Shown piece by piece: positions 30,408-39,274 of a DNA stretch of 64,000 nt. The first letter of the stretch is position 1. Every line of letters begins with the position of its first letter. Position numbers and translations under genes: made by a program. This DNA is from Thermomicrobiales bacterium. Lineage in GTDB: Bacteria; Chloroflexota; Chloroflexia; Thermomicrobiales; UBA6265. Below the pieces are notes generated by a model. The model ran no database searches. It saw nothing but the letters and a program-made list of their open reading frames with translations, and was not told the DNA's origin. Location of the stretch: NCBI GenBank assembly GCA_023957115.1, contig JAMLHN010000008.1:10429-74428 (forward strand), written 5' to 3'.

Positions 30408-32429
30408 TCAGGTATCGATCTCGACATAAGAACCCTGGTCCCAACGCCGGAGGTGGAGCACATGCGCCGATTCTCGTGCTGGATCGAGCCGCACATATTG
30501 ATACCCGCCGGACCAGAAATACCGTTCGCCGGAGATCAGGTCATGCGCTTCGTATTGCTCGTCGTATGGCATCCCAAAATCCTCGACCGGGAAGGAGATC
30601 ATCGTCTCGTGCGGTTGGAACGGATCGAGATTGACAACGACCAGGATGTTGTCCGAGAGATCGATGGTTTGTTTGCCGTAGACGAGGACATGGTCATCGT
30701 CCGACCAGTAGAACCGGAGATTGTCGTACTCGTGTAGCGCGGGATGATCGCGACGGATCTGATTGATCCTGGCGATATCGGCGCGAATGTTGCCCGGCCG
30801 GTCCCAATCCCAGACCTTGAAGTCGTACTTCTCCGAGTTGAGGTACTCCTCCTTGCCCGGAACCGGCGTCGCCTCGCAGAGCTCGAATCCACTGTAGATT
30901 CCGTAAGCGCTGGAAAGGGTGGAGGCCAGGATCGCTCGAATCTTGAAACCGGCAAGACCGCTTTCCTGCAAAAAATAGGGGAGGATGTCCGGGGTGTTGG
31001 TGAACAGGTTTCCCCGCATGTAGTCCGACACCGGCGGAGTGGTCAGCTCGGTGAAGTAGTCGATCAATTCCTGCTTGAAATTTCGCCAGGTGAAGTAGGT
31101 ATACGACTGGGTGAATCCGGCCTTGGCAAGCCACTTCATCAACTTGGGGCGGGTAAACGCTTCTGACAGGAAGATCGTCTCCGGATGGATCGCCTGAACA
31201 TCCCGAATCAGCCATTCCCAGAATGCGGTTGGTTTCGTGTGTGGATTGTCGACGCGAAATGCCGTTACGCCCTGGTCGATCCAGAAGAGGATCACCCGGC
31301 GCATCTCTTGCCAGAGCCCCTCCCAATCGGGATTCGAGAAATTGAGCGGGTAGACATCCTCGTATTTCTTCGGTGGATTCTCCGCGTACTTGATCGTCCC
31401 GTCGGGCCGTATATAGAACCAATCACGATGCTCGTTGGCCCAGGGGTGATCTGGTGACGAATTGATGGCGAAGTCGAGCACCAGCTCGATTCCGCGCGCG
31501 CGCGCCGATTCGACCAGGCGACGGAAATCTTCCAGCGTCCCCAACGATGGTTCGACCGTGTCGTGCCCGCCGAGCTCGCTGCCAATCGCGTAGGGAACAC
31601 CCGGATCGTGCGGAGCGGCGTTGAGCGTGTTGTTCGGTCCTTTACGGTTCGTATGCCCAATCGGGTGGATGGGTGGAAAGTAGAGCGTGTCGAACCCGAG
31701 CTCCTGGACATAGTCCAGCCGGTCGATCACATCGTCGAAGGTTCCGCTCTGTCCGTGCACCTGTCCGGCCGAACGAGGGAAGAGCTCATACCACGCTGCG
31801 TACCGGGCGCGCATGCGATCGACCGTGACCGAGAGAACTCGGTCATACCAGACGCGCTCGGTCTCGGGTAGCGCGCTTCGCATCAGTGCGGAGAGGTGCG
31901 GCGATGTGAGCAGTGCCACCGCTTCAATCTGAGATTCAGCTCCGGCAGCCACATCCCAGACATTCCTGATTGATTCACTCCAGACGGTCTGCTGGGTGAT
32001 TGCCTCCTGCAGGAGCTCCAGCCCTTCGGCGATCTCGAGATGGATGTCGAGTCCAGCTTCGAGCTTCTTGTGAACCTCGTCGCTCCAGGTTTGATGCGCA
32101 TTCGGTGTCGCACCGATGGTGTAGTGATAGGTCGTGTTTTCGGAGACCACGAACGAGCCGCACCAGCGATCGTTGTCGATGAGCTCCATCGGGACCGACG
32201 ACCAATCTGGCCGGTATGACGGCTTATAAAAAAGCTCAGCCGAGATCCGTTCGTGCCCGTCTCTGAAAATGTCGGCGCTGACGGCGACCTCGTCACCGAC
32301 CTCCCGTTTGATCGGATAGCGACCGTTATCGATCTCCGGAGAGACGGCCTCGATACGAATCCGTCCGTGATCGGCGCCGGCGAGCGAATGGGTGCGTGCG
32401 GCGAGCACCATCGGAGCCAATTCGTTCAT
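30408..32429 (-). CDS. glgE: alpha-1,4-glucan:maltose-1-phosphate maltosyltransferase
   Basis: The product contains RIRIEAVSPEIDNGRYPIKREVGDEVAVSADIFRDGH..TLYFPPIHPIGHTNRKGPNN..AFRVDNPHTKP. The ATG at 32429 is preceded by GAGGAGGA. The track ORF's extra 222 N-terminal residues have no GlgE similarity. Confidence 0.92.
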   Translation of the reverse strand: MNELAPMVLAARTHSLAGADHGRIRIEAVSPEIDNGRYPIKREVGDEVAVSADIFRDGHERISAELFYKPSYRPDWSSVPMELIDNDRWCGSFVVSENTTYHYTIGATPNAHQTWSDEVHKKLEAGLDIHLEIAEGLELLQEAITQQTVWSESIRNVWDVAAGAESQIEAVALLTSPHLSALMRSALPETERVWYDRVLSVTVDRMRARYAAWYELFPRSAGQVHGQSGTFDDVIDRLDYVQELGFDTLYFPPIHPIGHTNRKGPNNTLNAAPHDPGVPYAIGSELGGHDTVEPSLGTLEDFRRLVESARARGIELVLDFAINSSPDHPWANEHRDWFYIRPDGTIKYAENPPKKYEDVYPLNFSNPDWEGLWQEMRRVILFWIDQGVTAFRVDNPHTKPTAFWEWLIRDVQAIHPETIFLSEAFTRPKLMKWLAKAGFTQSYTYFTWRNFKQELIDYFTELTTPPVSDYMRGNLFTNTPDILPYFLQESGLAGFKIRAILASTLSSAYGIYSGFELCEATPVPGKEEYLNSEKYDFKVWDWDRPGNIRADIARINQIRRDHPALHEYDNLRFYWSDDDHVLVYGKQTIDLSDNILVVVNLDPFQPHETMISFPVEDFGMPYDEQYEAHDLISGERYFWSGGYQYVRLDPARESAHVLHLRRWDQGSYVEIDT

Positions 32430-32588
32430 GCGGCCTATCCTCCTCGTGGGTTCGATGTTATGCGTCTCCGCGCAAGATCCAATTCTCCACCAGATGGGGA
32501 TGAGAGGGGAACGAGTAGGATTTCCGCGTGCAGTGCCGTGGGCCGTGGCCGCGGCACTGTCGTTGTGTGCAAGAAATGAGCTTCGTCT

Positions 32589-34703
32589 ATGAGCCAGAAC
32601 ACCCTTACCCTCAAGCCAGGAAAGCCGTGGCCCCTTGGAGCGACGCTCTGCGAAGAAGGGGTCAACTTTGCCGTCTATTCTGAACATGCCGAAACCATGC
32701 TCCTGGCCGTCTTCGACGGAAGCGACCATGAGATTGAATCGGCTGTCGCGTTGCCGGCCAGAACTGGTTTTGTCTGGCACGGTTTTCTTCCGAATGCACG
32801 CGCCGGTCTTCGGTACGGATTTCGCGTGGCGGGGCCATTCGATCTCGCGCGCGGCTTGCGCTTCAATCCGTCGAAGCTCCTTCTCGATCCATACGCCAAA
32901 GCAATTGCGGGGGAGCTGACGTGGGACGACTCGGTCTATGACCACATGTATGACCATGCCGGCCATCCGGTTCGCAACCAGATGGACAGCGCAGCCAGCG
33001 TTCCGCGCTCGGTGGTGGTCGACACATCGTTCGATTGGCAAGGCGACCGGGCGCCACGGCATACGGCGGCCGAGACGATCGTCTATGAATGCCACGTCAG
33101 GGGGCTAACCAAACTCCACCCCAGTGTGCCGGAGCCCGTCAGGGGAACGTACGCGGGACTTGCGGAGCTCGCAATGATCGACCATTTCACATCGCTGGGC
33201 GTCACGGCGGTCGAGCTCCTGCCGGTTCATCACTTCATCGACGATGCATTTCTCGTCGAACAAGGGCTACGCAACTACTGGGGGTACAACACCATTGGGT
33301 TCTTCGCTCCGATGAGCCGGTATTCGTCATCGGGTGACGATGGTGGTCAGGTACGCGAATTCAAGGAAATGGTGCGAACCCTGCACAGCCATGGGATCGA
33401 GGTCATCCTCGACGTCGTCTACAACCACACGGCTGAAGGTGGCAAGGACGGACCCACACTCTCGTTTCGCGGTCTCGATAACTCGGTCTACTACCGGCGC
33501 CCGCCCGATCGTCCCGGCGACTACGAGAACTACAGTGGCACCGGAAACTCGCTCAACACCCACCATCCCGCGGTCATTGGATTGGTGATGGATTCGCTCC
33601 GGTACTGGGTCCAGGAAATGCATGTGGACGGGTTTCGGTTCGATCTGGCGACCTCGCTCGGTCGTGATGAGAACGGATTCGAAACCTGGTCGCGGTTGTT
33701 CGCGGCGATGTATCAGGATCCAGTGCTCAGGGATGTGAAGTTGATTGCAGAACCATGGGATGTCGGGCCAGACGGCTATCAGGTCGGCGCGTTTGGCAGC
33801 CACTGGCACGAGTGGAACGACCATTTTCGTGACACGATGCGCTCGTTTTGGCTGGGACACCGGGCAACGTTGGGCGGTTTTGCGCTTCGCCTGGCGGGTT
33901 CAGCAGATCTCTTCGACCGGCCCGGTCGAGGACCGCTTTCGACCGTCAACTTCGTCACATGTCACGATGGATTCACCCTCACCGATCTCGTCTCCTACAA
34001 CCAGAAGCACAATGAGGCCAACGGTGAGGAGAATCGAGATGGATCGGATCACAATCTCGGGTTCAACTTTGGCGTCGAAGGCCCGACAGACGATCCGGAA
34101 ATCCGCGACGCACGCTATCGCGCGCGCAGGAATCTGATCGGGACACTGTTGCTCAGTCACGGCGTTCCAATGATGCTCGGTGGCGATGAGCTTTCCAACA
34201 CGCAGGAGGGCAACAACAACGCGTACTGCCAGGACAACGAGATTGGCTGGCTACAATGGGAGCTCGATGAACGAGCGCAGGAGTTCCTGGCGTTCGTGCG
34301 GCACATCCTGTCGATCCGCAACTCGCATCCGGCGCTGCGACCGGTGCGCTACGTCGAATCGGAGCATCCCGCGCTCCACGAGCCAGGAATGGTCACGTGG
34401 AAGGACGCGGATGGCTCCGAGCTTCTGCCCGGTGAGTGGGCGCGCGAAGACCCGCGGCTGCTGATGGTGACGATCGATCCAGCTCCGACGCTCACCGCGC
34501 AAGAACGCAGCGCCGTGCTGATCATGATCAATGCATCGAATGACGATGCCGAATTTCATGTGCCAAAGCTGGCGCGCAATGGATCGACGGCCTGGACCGT
34601 CGAGCTCGACACCGATCAGGTGTCCGGAATCTCGAGTGTCGTGCTGCATGGGGGGAGGACGGTGACGATTCCGTCATGCTCGATTCTGATGGCCACCGCG
34701 TGA
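32589..34703 (+). CDS. glgX: glycogen debranching enzyme (isoamylase-type, GH13)
   Basis: The product contains LGATLCEEGVNFAVYSEHAE..LLPVHHF..NYWGYNTIGFFAP..DVVYNHTAEG..GFRFDLA..AEPWD..FVTCHDGFTLTD. Confidence 0.93.
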   Translation: MSQNTLTLKPGKPWPLGATLCEEGVNFAVYSEHAETMLLAVFDGSDHEIESAVALPARTGFVWHGFLPNARAGLRYGFRVAGPFDLARGLRFNPSKLLLDPYAKAIAGELTWDDSVYDHMYDHAGHPVRNQMDSAASVPRSVVVDTSFDWQGDRAPRHTAAETIVYECHVRGLTKLHPSVPEPVRGTYAGLAELAMIDHFTSLGVTAVELLPVHHFIDDAFLVEQGLRNYWGYNTIGFFAPMSRYSSSGDDGGQVREFKEMVRTLHSHGIEVILDVVYNHTAEGGKDGPTLSFRGLDNSVYYRRPPDRPGDYENYSGTGNSLNTHHPAVIGLVMDSLRYWVQEMHVDGFRFDLATSLGRDENGFETWSRLFAAMYQDPVLRDVKLIAEPWDVGPDGYQVGAFGSHWHEWNDHFRDTMRSFWLGHRATLGGFALRLAGSADLFDRPGRGPLSTVNFVTCHDGFTLTDLVSYNQKHNEANGEENRDGSDHNLGFNFGVEGPTDDPEIRDARYRARRNLIGTLLLSHGVPMMLGGDELSNTQEGNNNAYCQDNEIGWLQWELDERAQEFLAFVRHILSIRNSHPALRPVRYVESEHPALHEPGMVTWKDADGSELLPGEWAREDPRLLMVTIDPAPTLTAQERSAVLIMINASNDDAEFHVPKLARNGSTAWTVELDTDQVSGISSVVLHGGRTVTIPSCSILMATA

Positions 34704-34761
34704 GAGAGAATCTGGTCGAGTCTGGTACCATGGGTGGCTGCAAATCGAGGAGGTAGCCAGT

Positions 34762-35253
34762 ATGGCATCGACATATTCATTCGATATCGTTTCGTCCTAT
34801 GATCAGCAAGAGCTCAAGAACGCGGTCGATCAGGCTCGCCGGGAAGTTGGCCAGCGGTACGACCTGAAAGACACCAAGACCACCATCGACGAAGAACCGA
34901 AAAAGCTGACCATCAACACCGACACGGAAACGTCACTGCGGGCGGTGACGGATATGCTCGAATCGAAGTTCGTGCGCCGCGGTCTGTCGCTCAAGATTCT
35001 CGATTATGGTGAGATCGAACCGGCAAGCGGAGGCCGGGTTCGCCAGGAGATCGCGCTCAAGGAGGGAATCTCTGACGACATCGCGAAGCAGATCAGCAAG
35101 CGAATCCGCGACGAGTTCAAGAAGGTGAACGCGCAGATTCAGGGCGATTCGGTTCGGGTGCAGGCAAAGAACAAAGACGACCTGCAGGCCGTGATCGCGG
35201 CGTTCAAGGACGCCGATTACCCTGTTGCGCTTCAATTCGTCAACTACAGGTAG
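34762..35253 (+). CDS. YajQ-family nucleotide (cyclic-di-GMP)-binding protein (UPF0234)
   Basis: The product begins MASTYSFDIVSSYDQQELKNAVDQARREVGQRYDLKD and ends with LQFVNYR. At 163 aa it is full length for the family. Confidence 0.88.
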   Translation: MASTYSFDIVSSYDQQELKNAVDQARREVGQRYDLKDTKTTIDEEPKKLTINTDTETSLRAVTDMLESKFVRRGLSLKILDYGEIEPASGGRVRQEIALKEGISDDIAKQISKRIRDEFKKVNAQIQGDSVRVQAKNKDDLQAVIAAFKDADYPVALQFVNYR

Positions 35254-35257
35254 CCCA

Positions 35258-36625
35258 TTGACCACTGTGACACGTACCAGGGACGCAGGACGCTCGTTTA
35301 GCGTCGTCACGCTTGGGTGTGCCAAGAACCGAGTCGACTCCGAAGGAATGTCGACCTTGCTGCTCGAGCGCGGCTACGACGAGCGTGAGGAGCCATCCGA
35401 TGCGGACGTCGTGATCGTCAACACCTGCGGGTTCCTCGGGGCCGCGCGAACCGAGTCGATCGAAACGCTGCAGGGGTTCGTCGATCAGCGGAACCCCGGA
35501 CAGTACATCGTGGCGGCCGGTTGTCTGCCAGCGTTGCGGGATTATTCACTCGATCTCCCGGCCGGGGTCGATAAGGTGCTTACGACTCGGGAGTGGTTTC
35601 GGATCGGTGACACCGTCGGGTCGCTGTTCGGGGAAGCGCCACAACCCCAGCTTGCCGGCTGTGATGGCCTGACGACCACGTTCACGCACCACCATGCCGG
35701 CCCCTCAGCCTATGTGAAGATCGCCGACGGCTGCGATCACGCCTGCGCCTTCTGCACCATCCCGACCATCAAGGGACGCCAGGCAAGCAAACGTCCGCTG
35801 CATGTCGTTCAGGAGATCGTCGATCTCGTGGCACTAGGCTCGAAAGAGATCGTTCTGGTATCTCAGGACACCATTCGCTATGGGGCCGATCTGGGCATGA
35901 AAAACGGGGTTGCCGACCTGATCGACATGATCGGCGAACAGGTGCCCAACCTGCCGTGGCTGCGCCTGCTCTATATCTACCCGAATCCAATCGTGCTGAA
36001 GATGATCGATGCGCTCGCCCGGCATGACATGTGCGTCAACTACATCGACATGCCGTTGCAGCATGCGCATCCTGCGGTACTGAAGCGCATGTTGCGCCCA
36101 TCGAATCTCGAGCTGACGAAACGAATCCTCGATCACGCACGCAACACACTTGACGATGTGGTATTGCGCACGACCCTCATTACCGGCTTCCCGGGTGAGA
36201 CCGACGAGGAGTTCGAAACGCTCATGGAATTCATCGACGAGCAGGAATTCGACCATGTCGGCGTATTCACCTATTCCCCGGAACCGGGCACCGTTGCGTT
36301 CGATATGGCCGATCCGGTGCCTGCGGAGGTTGCCGAGGAACGTCGGAACGCGATCATGGAGCTCCAGCAGTCGATATCTCTGGAGCACAATCAGAAGCTC
36401 GAGGGGCGGACGCTGAAGGTTCTGGTCGAGAGCATCGGCGAGGTCGAGGACGAGAATGGCCAGGTCTCCCCGGTTTCCGTCGGCCGTGCGTATCGGCATG
36501 CGCCAGAAGTCGATGGGCTGGTCTTCATCGACGGTGAGCAGCCTGTTGGAGAGTTCGTCGACGCGACCGTCTATGCCGGCACCGAATACGACCTCTGGGC
36601 GCGAGTAGACGCCGTTATCGCGTAG
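35258..36625 (+). CDS. rimO: ribosomal protein S12 methylthiotransferase RimO (radical SAM, MTTase)
   Basis: The product contains VVTLGCAKNRVDSEGM, a radical-SAM CDHACAFCTIP motif and a C-terminal TRAM domain. The start is uncertain: only TTG/GTG options exist (35225, 35258, 35267). Confidence 0.85.
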   Translation: MTTVTRTRDAGRSFSVVTLGCAKNRVDSEGMSTLLLERGYDEREEPSDADVVIVNTCGFLGAARTESIETLQGFVDQRNPGQYIVAAGCLPALRDYSLDLPAGVDKVLTTREWFRIGDTVGSLFGEAPQPQLAGCDGLTTTFTHHHAGPSAYVKIADGCDHACAFCTIPTIKGRQASKRPLHVVQEIVDLVALGSKEIVLVSQDTIRYGADLGMKNGVADLIDMIGEQVPNLPWLRLLYIYPNPIVLKMIDALARHDMCVNYIDMPLQHAHPAVLKRMLRPSNLELTKRILDHARNTLDDVVLRTTLITGFPGETDEEFETLMEFIDEQEFDHVGVFTYSPEPGTVAFDMADPVPAEVAEERRNAIMELQQSISLEHNQKLEGRTLKVLVESIGEVEDENGQVSPVSVGRAYRHAPEVDGLVFIDGEQPVGEFVDATVYAGTEYDLWARVDAVIA

Positions 36626-37610
36626 GGATTTCTGCCTCTTCGGGCCAAACGCGCTGGAACATCACCCATTGGTCCGGCGCGATCGAGATAGCCGTCTCGA
36701 TCGCGTCGACCACGCGGACCATTCCCGCGGCGATGTCTGCGTTTCGGTCGCTCGTCCGCTCCACATGAAATGCATCTTCGATCATGAGCAGATTGGTGTC
36801 GCCGGCCCGCACAGTGAACATCGGTACGATCGCAGCGCCTGTTTCTCGGGAAAGCCGGGCAGCGCCGATTGGCAATGTCGTTTCCTCCCCGAAGAAGCTC
36901 ACTTGCCTCCCGTTGAGGAAAAAATCACGGTCCGAGAGAAGACAGAGCACGTATCCGCCTCGGAGGACCTGGATCGCTTCTCGCACCCCGGACGACGATG
37001 CCTCGATGAGCTCGAGCCGGTGCGCTTTTCTGAGAAACGACACGAACTCGAAGACAAATCGGTTGGTTGTTTTCGCCGTCAGCGCGACGAAGCGGTCACC
37101 GTGCGCGCTGATGGTGATACCCATCGTATCGAACGGTCCGAGGTGCGCGGTCAGTAGGACGACTCCATTGCCTTCGGCTACGGCATCGTCCAGGATGCCC
37201 CAATCTCCATGGACGAGGCGAGTCTGCTCGTAGAGCTCATCCAGACTCTGGTGCGGCGTGCGGAGCAGGGACACCAGATTGAGGGCATTGGTTTGAAAGA
37301 TCGATCGAACGGTCCGCTGAACGCGCGCGGAATCTTCCGGCTCGTCGAGCACATGCGAAATATTGGATGAAACGTTTGCTCGCCACTGTTTCGAGACGAG
37401 GTAGCTCAGGTCACCAATTCGCCGGGCAACGAAACTGACGAACCCAGACGGAATGAAGCGCACGACCCACGAAAGAATCGCTGCGCTGAAGGCGGCGAGA
37501 TAGAAGACAGCGTCCCGACGCTGACTTCTGCGGAATTCGATGCGGGGTAGACCGGACCGTTCGAGTGGGCGGAAAACCTCCTCGGTCCTCGATTCCTGGT
37601 GATCGGTCAT
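36615..37610 (-). CDS. lysophospholipid/lipid A-type acyltransferase (LpxL/HtrB superfamily; PIM-acyltransferase-like)
   Basis: The 331-aa product has an N-terminal TM segment. Its family-typical layout includes ..VLLTAHLGPFD... Confidence 0.7.
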   Translation of the reverse strand: MTDHQESRTEEVFRPLERSGLPRIEFRRSQRRDAVFYLAAFSAAILSWVVRFIPSGFVSFVARRIGDLSYLVSKQWRANVSSNISHVLDEPEDSARVQRTVRSIFQTNALNLVSLLRTPHQSLDELYEQTRLVHGDWGILDDAVAEGNGVVLLTAHLGPFDTMGITISAHGDRFVALTAKTTNRFVFEFVSFLRKAHRLELIEASSSGVREAIQVLRGGYVLCLLSDRDFFLNGRQVSFFGEETTLPIGAARLSRETGAAIVPMFTVRAGDTNLLMIEDAFHVERTSDRNADIAAGMVRVVDAIETAISIAPDQWVMFQRVWPEEAEIPTR

Positions 37611-38254
37611 TCAGCCGTTGAGTTGCGGCCCGCTTGGGGACCATACGTCAGGAACGCGTCATAGAGAACCGGGAGACCGCGGACGATGCTCAAGACGACG
37701 GACACCCACACACAGGCCCATCCGAAGTAACGGAACGGATCCCAACCGTACAGATCGCCAAGCAGGGTTCCCGAGGCGTCATGAAGCTGATATCCGACCA
37801 GGCCGCCGAGAAACACAAAGGCCAGGAGCTTCGCCCAGCCGTAGAGCAGCCGCATCGGGCGGCCGGCAGTGAGCCACTCGGTGATTGCAGAACGCATCAT
37901 ATTGTCTTTGCCGAACGGGGTCTTGCCTTCACCGTAGCCGATGGCCCGAATCGAATCGACGAGAAACCCCCGCGTCAGCATTAAGAGCGGAACCCAGATG
38001 GGGATCAGTCCGAGATCGGCATAGACGACCCAGAGGACGTTTTCCGCGATCCGGTCCCCGGCGATATCGAACGCGGCCCCCAGCGGTCCCGTCTCGTTGT
38101 AGCGGCGCGCGACCCACCCATCGAGCCCATCGAGGATGATCGCAATCCCGATGGCGATAGCGGCGATCCCGATCGCAGTGACGCTCCCGCGGTACAGCAC
38201 GTAGACAGCAACGAACAGCAGAATCAGCCGTCCGACAGTCACTGCATTCGCCAT
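37607..38254 (-). CDS. CDP-alcohol phosphatidyltransferase (possible phosphatidylinositol-phosphate synthase type)
   Basis: It carries the exact DX2DGX2ARX8GX3DX3D motif (DGLDGWVARRYNETGPLGAAFDIAGD) and about 6 TM segments. Its stop overlaps the start of the acyltransferase gene. Confidence 0.85.
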   Translation of the reverse strand: MANAVTVGRLILLFVAVYVLYRGSVTAIGIAAIAIGIAIILDGLDGWVARRYNETGPLGAAFDIAGDRIAENVLWVVYADLGLIPIWVPLLMLTRGFLVDSIRAIGYGEGKTPFGKDNMMRSAITEWLTAGRPMRLLYGWAKLLAFVFLGGLVGYQLHDASGTLLGDLYGWDPFRYFGWACVWVSVVLSIVRGLPVLYDAFLTYGPQAGRNSTAE

Positions 38255-38333
38255 GCCGGAACCTCACTTTCTCCGACATCGAAAGAGGAGGCCGAATTCG
38301 ACCTCCTCCGATACGTAGCATACGTGCGGCAAT

Positions 38334-39200
38334 CTACCAGAGCTGATCGACCACAGCCACCCAGGCCACGATCTGAACCAGGCACATCGAGACAAGGATG
38401 AAACGTGCCGCAAACTGATCCCGCTTCCGAAGGTAGAAACCGGCGATCAAGCCAAATGCCATCGAGACAAAAACGCCAAACGGAATCCGCCATAGCGTGG
38501 AGTTCGTCACCCAGTGGTCGACGTCGCCGGACGCATTGAGATGCCAGGGGATCAATCCGTCCAGATCTCCAACGCCCCACCAGACGAGACCGACCAGGAC
38601 CAGGAGTCCCAGCACACCTGCGCCCGCGATGGCAGCCAACGTCCCGTCTGCAATTGCCGGACGCGAGATGTGCACGCTCGGCCGGCTGGCGCGCGTTCGT
38701 TGTCGCTGGCGACGACTGGGTTGCCGCGGCTCGTCGTATTCCGGAGCGGGTTCGACCCAATCGAGCTCGGCAGCAGCTGGGTCCGCGTAGAGATCGTATT
38801 GGCTGGAGGCGGACCGGGCGGGTGTTCTGCCGTAGTCCGGTTCCGGATAGTACGGGTCGCCGACATACGCTTCGTCGAATTCGCTATACGGATCGCGATA
38901 GGGATCTTGCGCTGGTCGCGTCGTCCGAGTCGGAACGCGATTGCTTAGCCGGCTCGGCGGCGCCTGAGGCCGCGGTTCGCGTGTGGGGGCAGCAGGTGGC
39001 TGATAGTCGTCATAGAACGGTTCGGCCGGATACGCCGAGCGGCTTTCGGTACTTGGGCGTTGTGTCGTACGGCGTGAGGATGACGGATAACTTCTCGACG
39101 GTACGCTCGGCGCCGATTCATCCCATTTGGGAATATCGAAGTCATCCCAGTCGTCGCGATTCGAAGGTGGTTTGCGGCTGCTCACGTCTGCGTTTTCCAT
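38334..39200 (-). CDS. membrane protein: ~170-aa Pro/Tyr/Asp-rich disordered N-terminus plus DUF1648-like 4-TM C-terminus
   Basis: The C-terminal part is GLIPWHLNASGDVDHWVTNSTLWRIPFGVF.., resembling the DUF1648 motif. The N-terminus is low complexity. Confidence 0.55.
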   Translation of the reverse strand: MENADVSSRKPPSNRDDWDDFDIPKWDESAPSVPSRSYPSSSRRTTQRPSTESRSAYPAEPFYDDYQPPAAPTREPRPQAPPSRLSNRVPTRTTRPAQDPYRDPYSEFDEAYVGDPYYPEPDYGRTPARSASSQYDLYADPAAAELDWVEPAPEYDEPRQPSRRQRQRTRASRPSVHISRPAIADGTLAAIAGAGVLGLLVLVGLVWWGVGDLDGLIPWHLNASGDVDHWVTNSTLWRIPFGVFVSMAFGLIAGFYLRKRDQFAARFILVSMCLVQIVAWVAVVDQLW

Positions 39201-39274
39201 TCCTGCAACTTCGACGCGGGGGCGCCGGTGCGGTTAGCTGAGGATAGCATCTTCCGGCGTGAACAGCCGATCCG

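Noticed and set aside
32430-33095. A 222-residue N-terminal extension of the glgE ORF that overlaps glgX.
   Set aside because: It has no similarity to GlgE N-termini. The strong SD (GAGGAGGA) before the ATG at 32429 yields the conserved GlgE start region. The extension would overlap the divergent glgX coding region.
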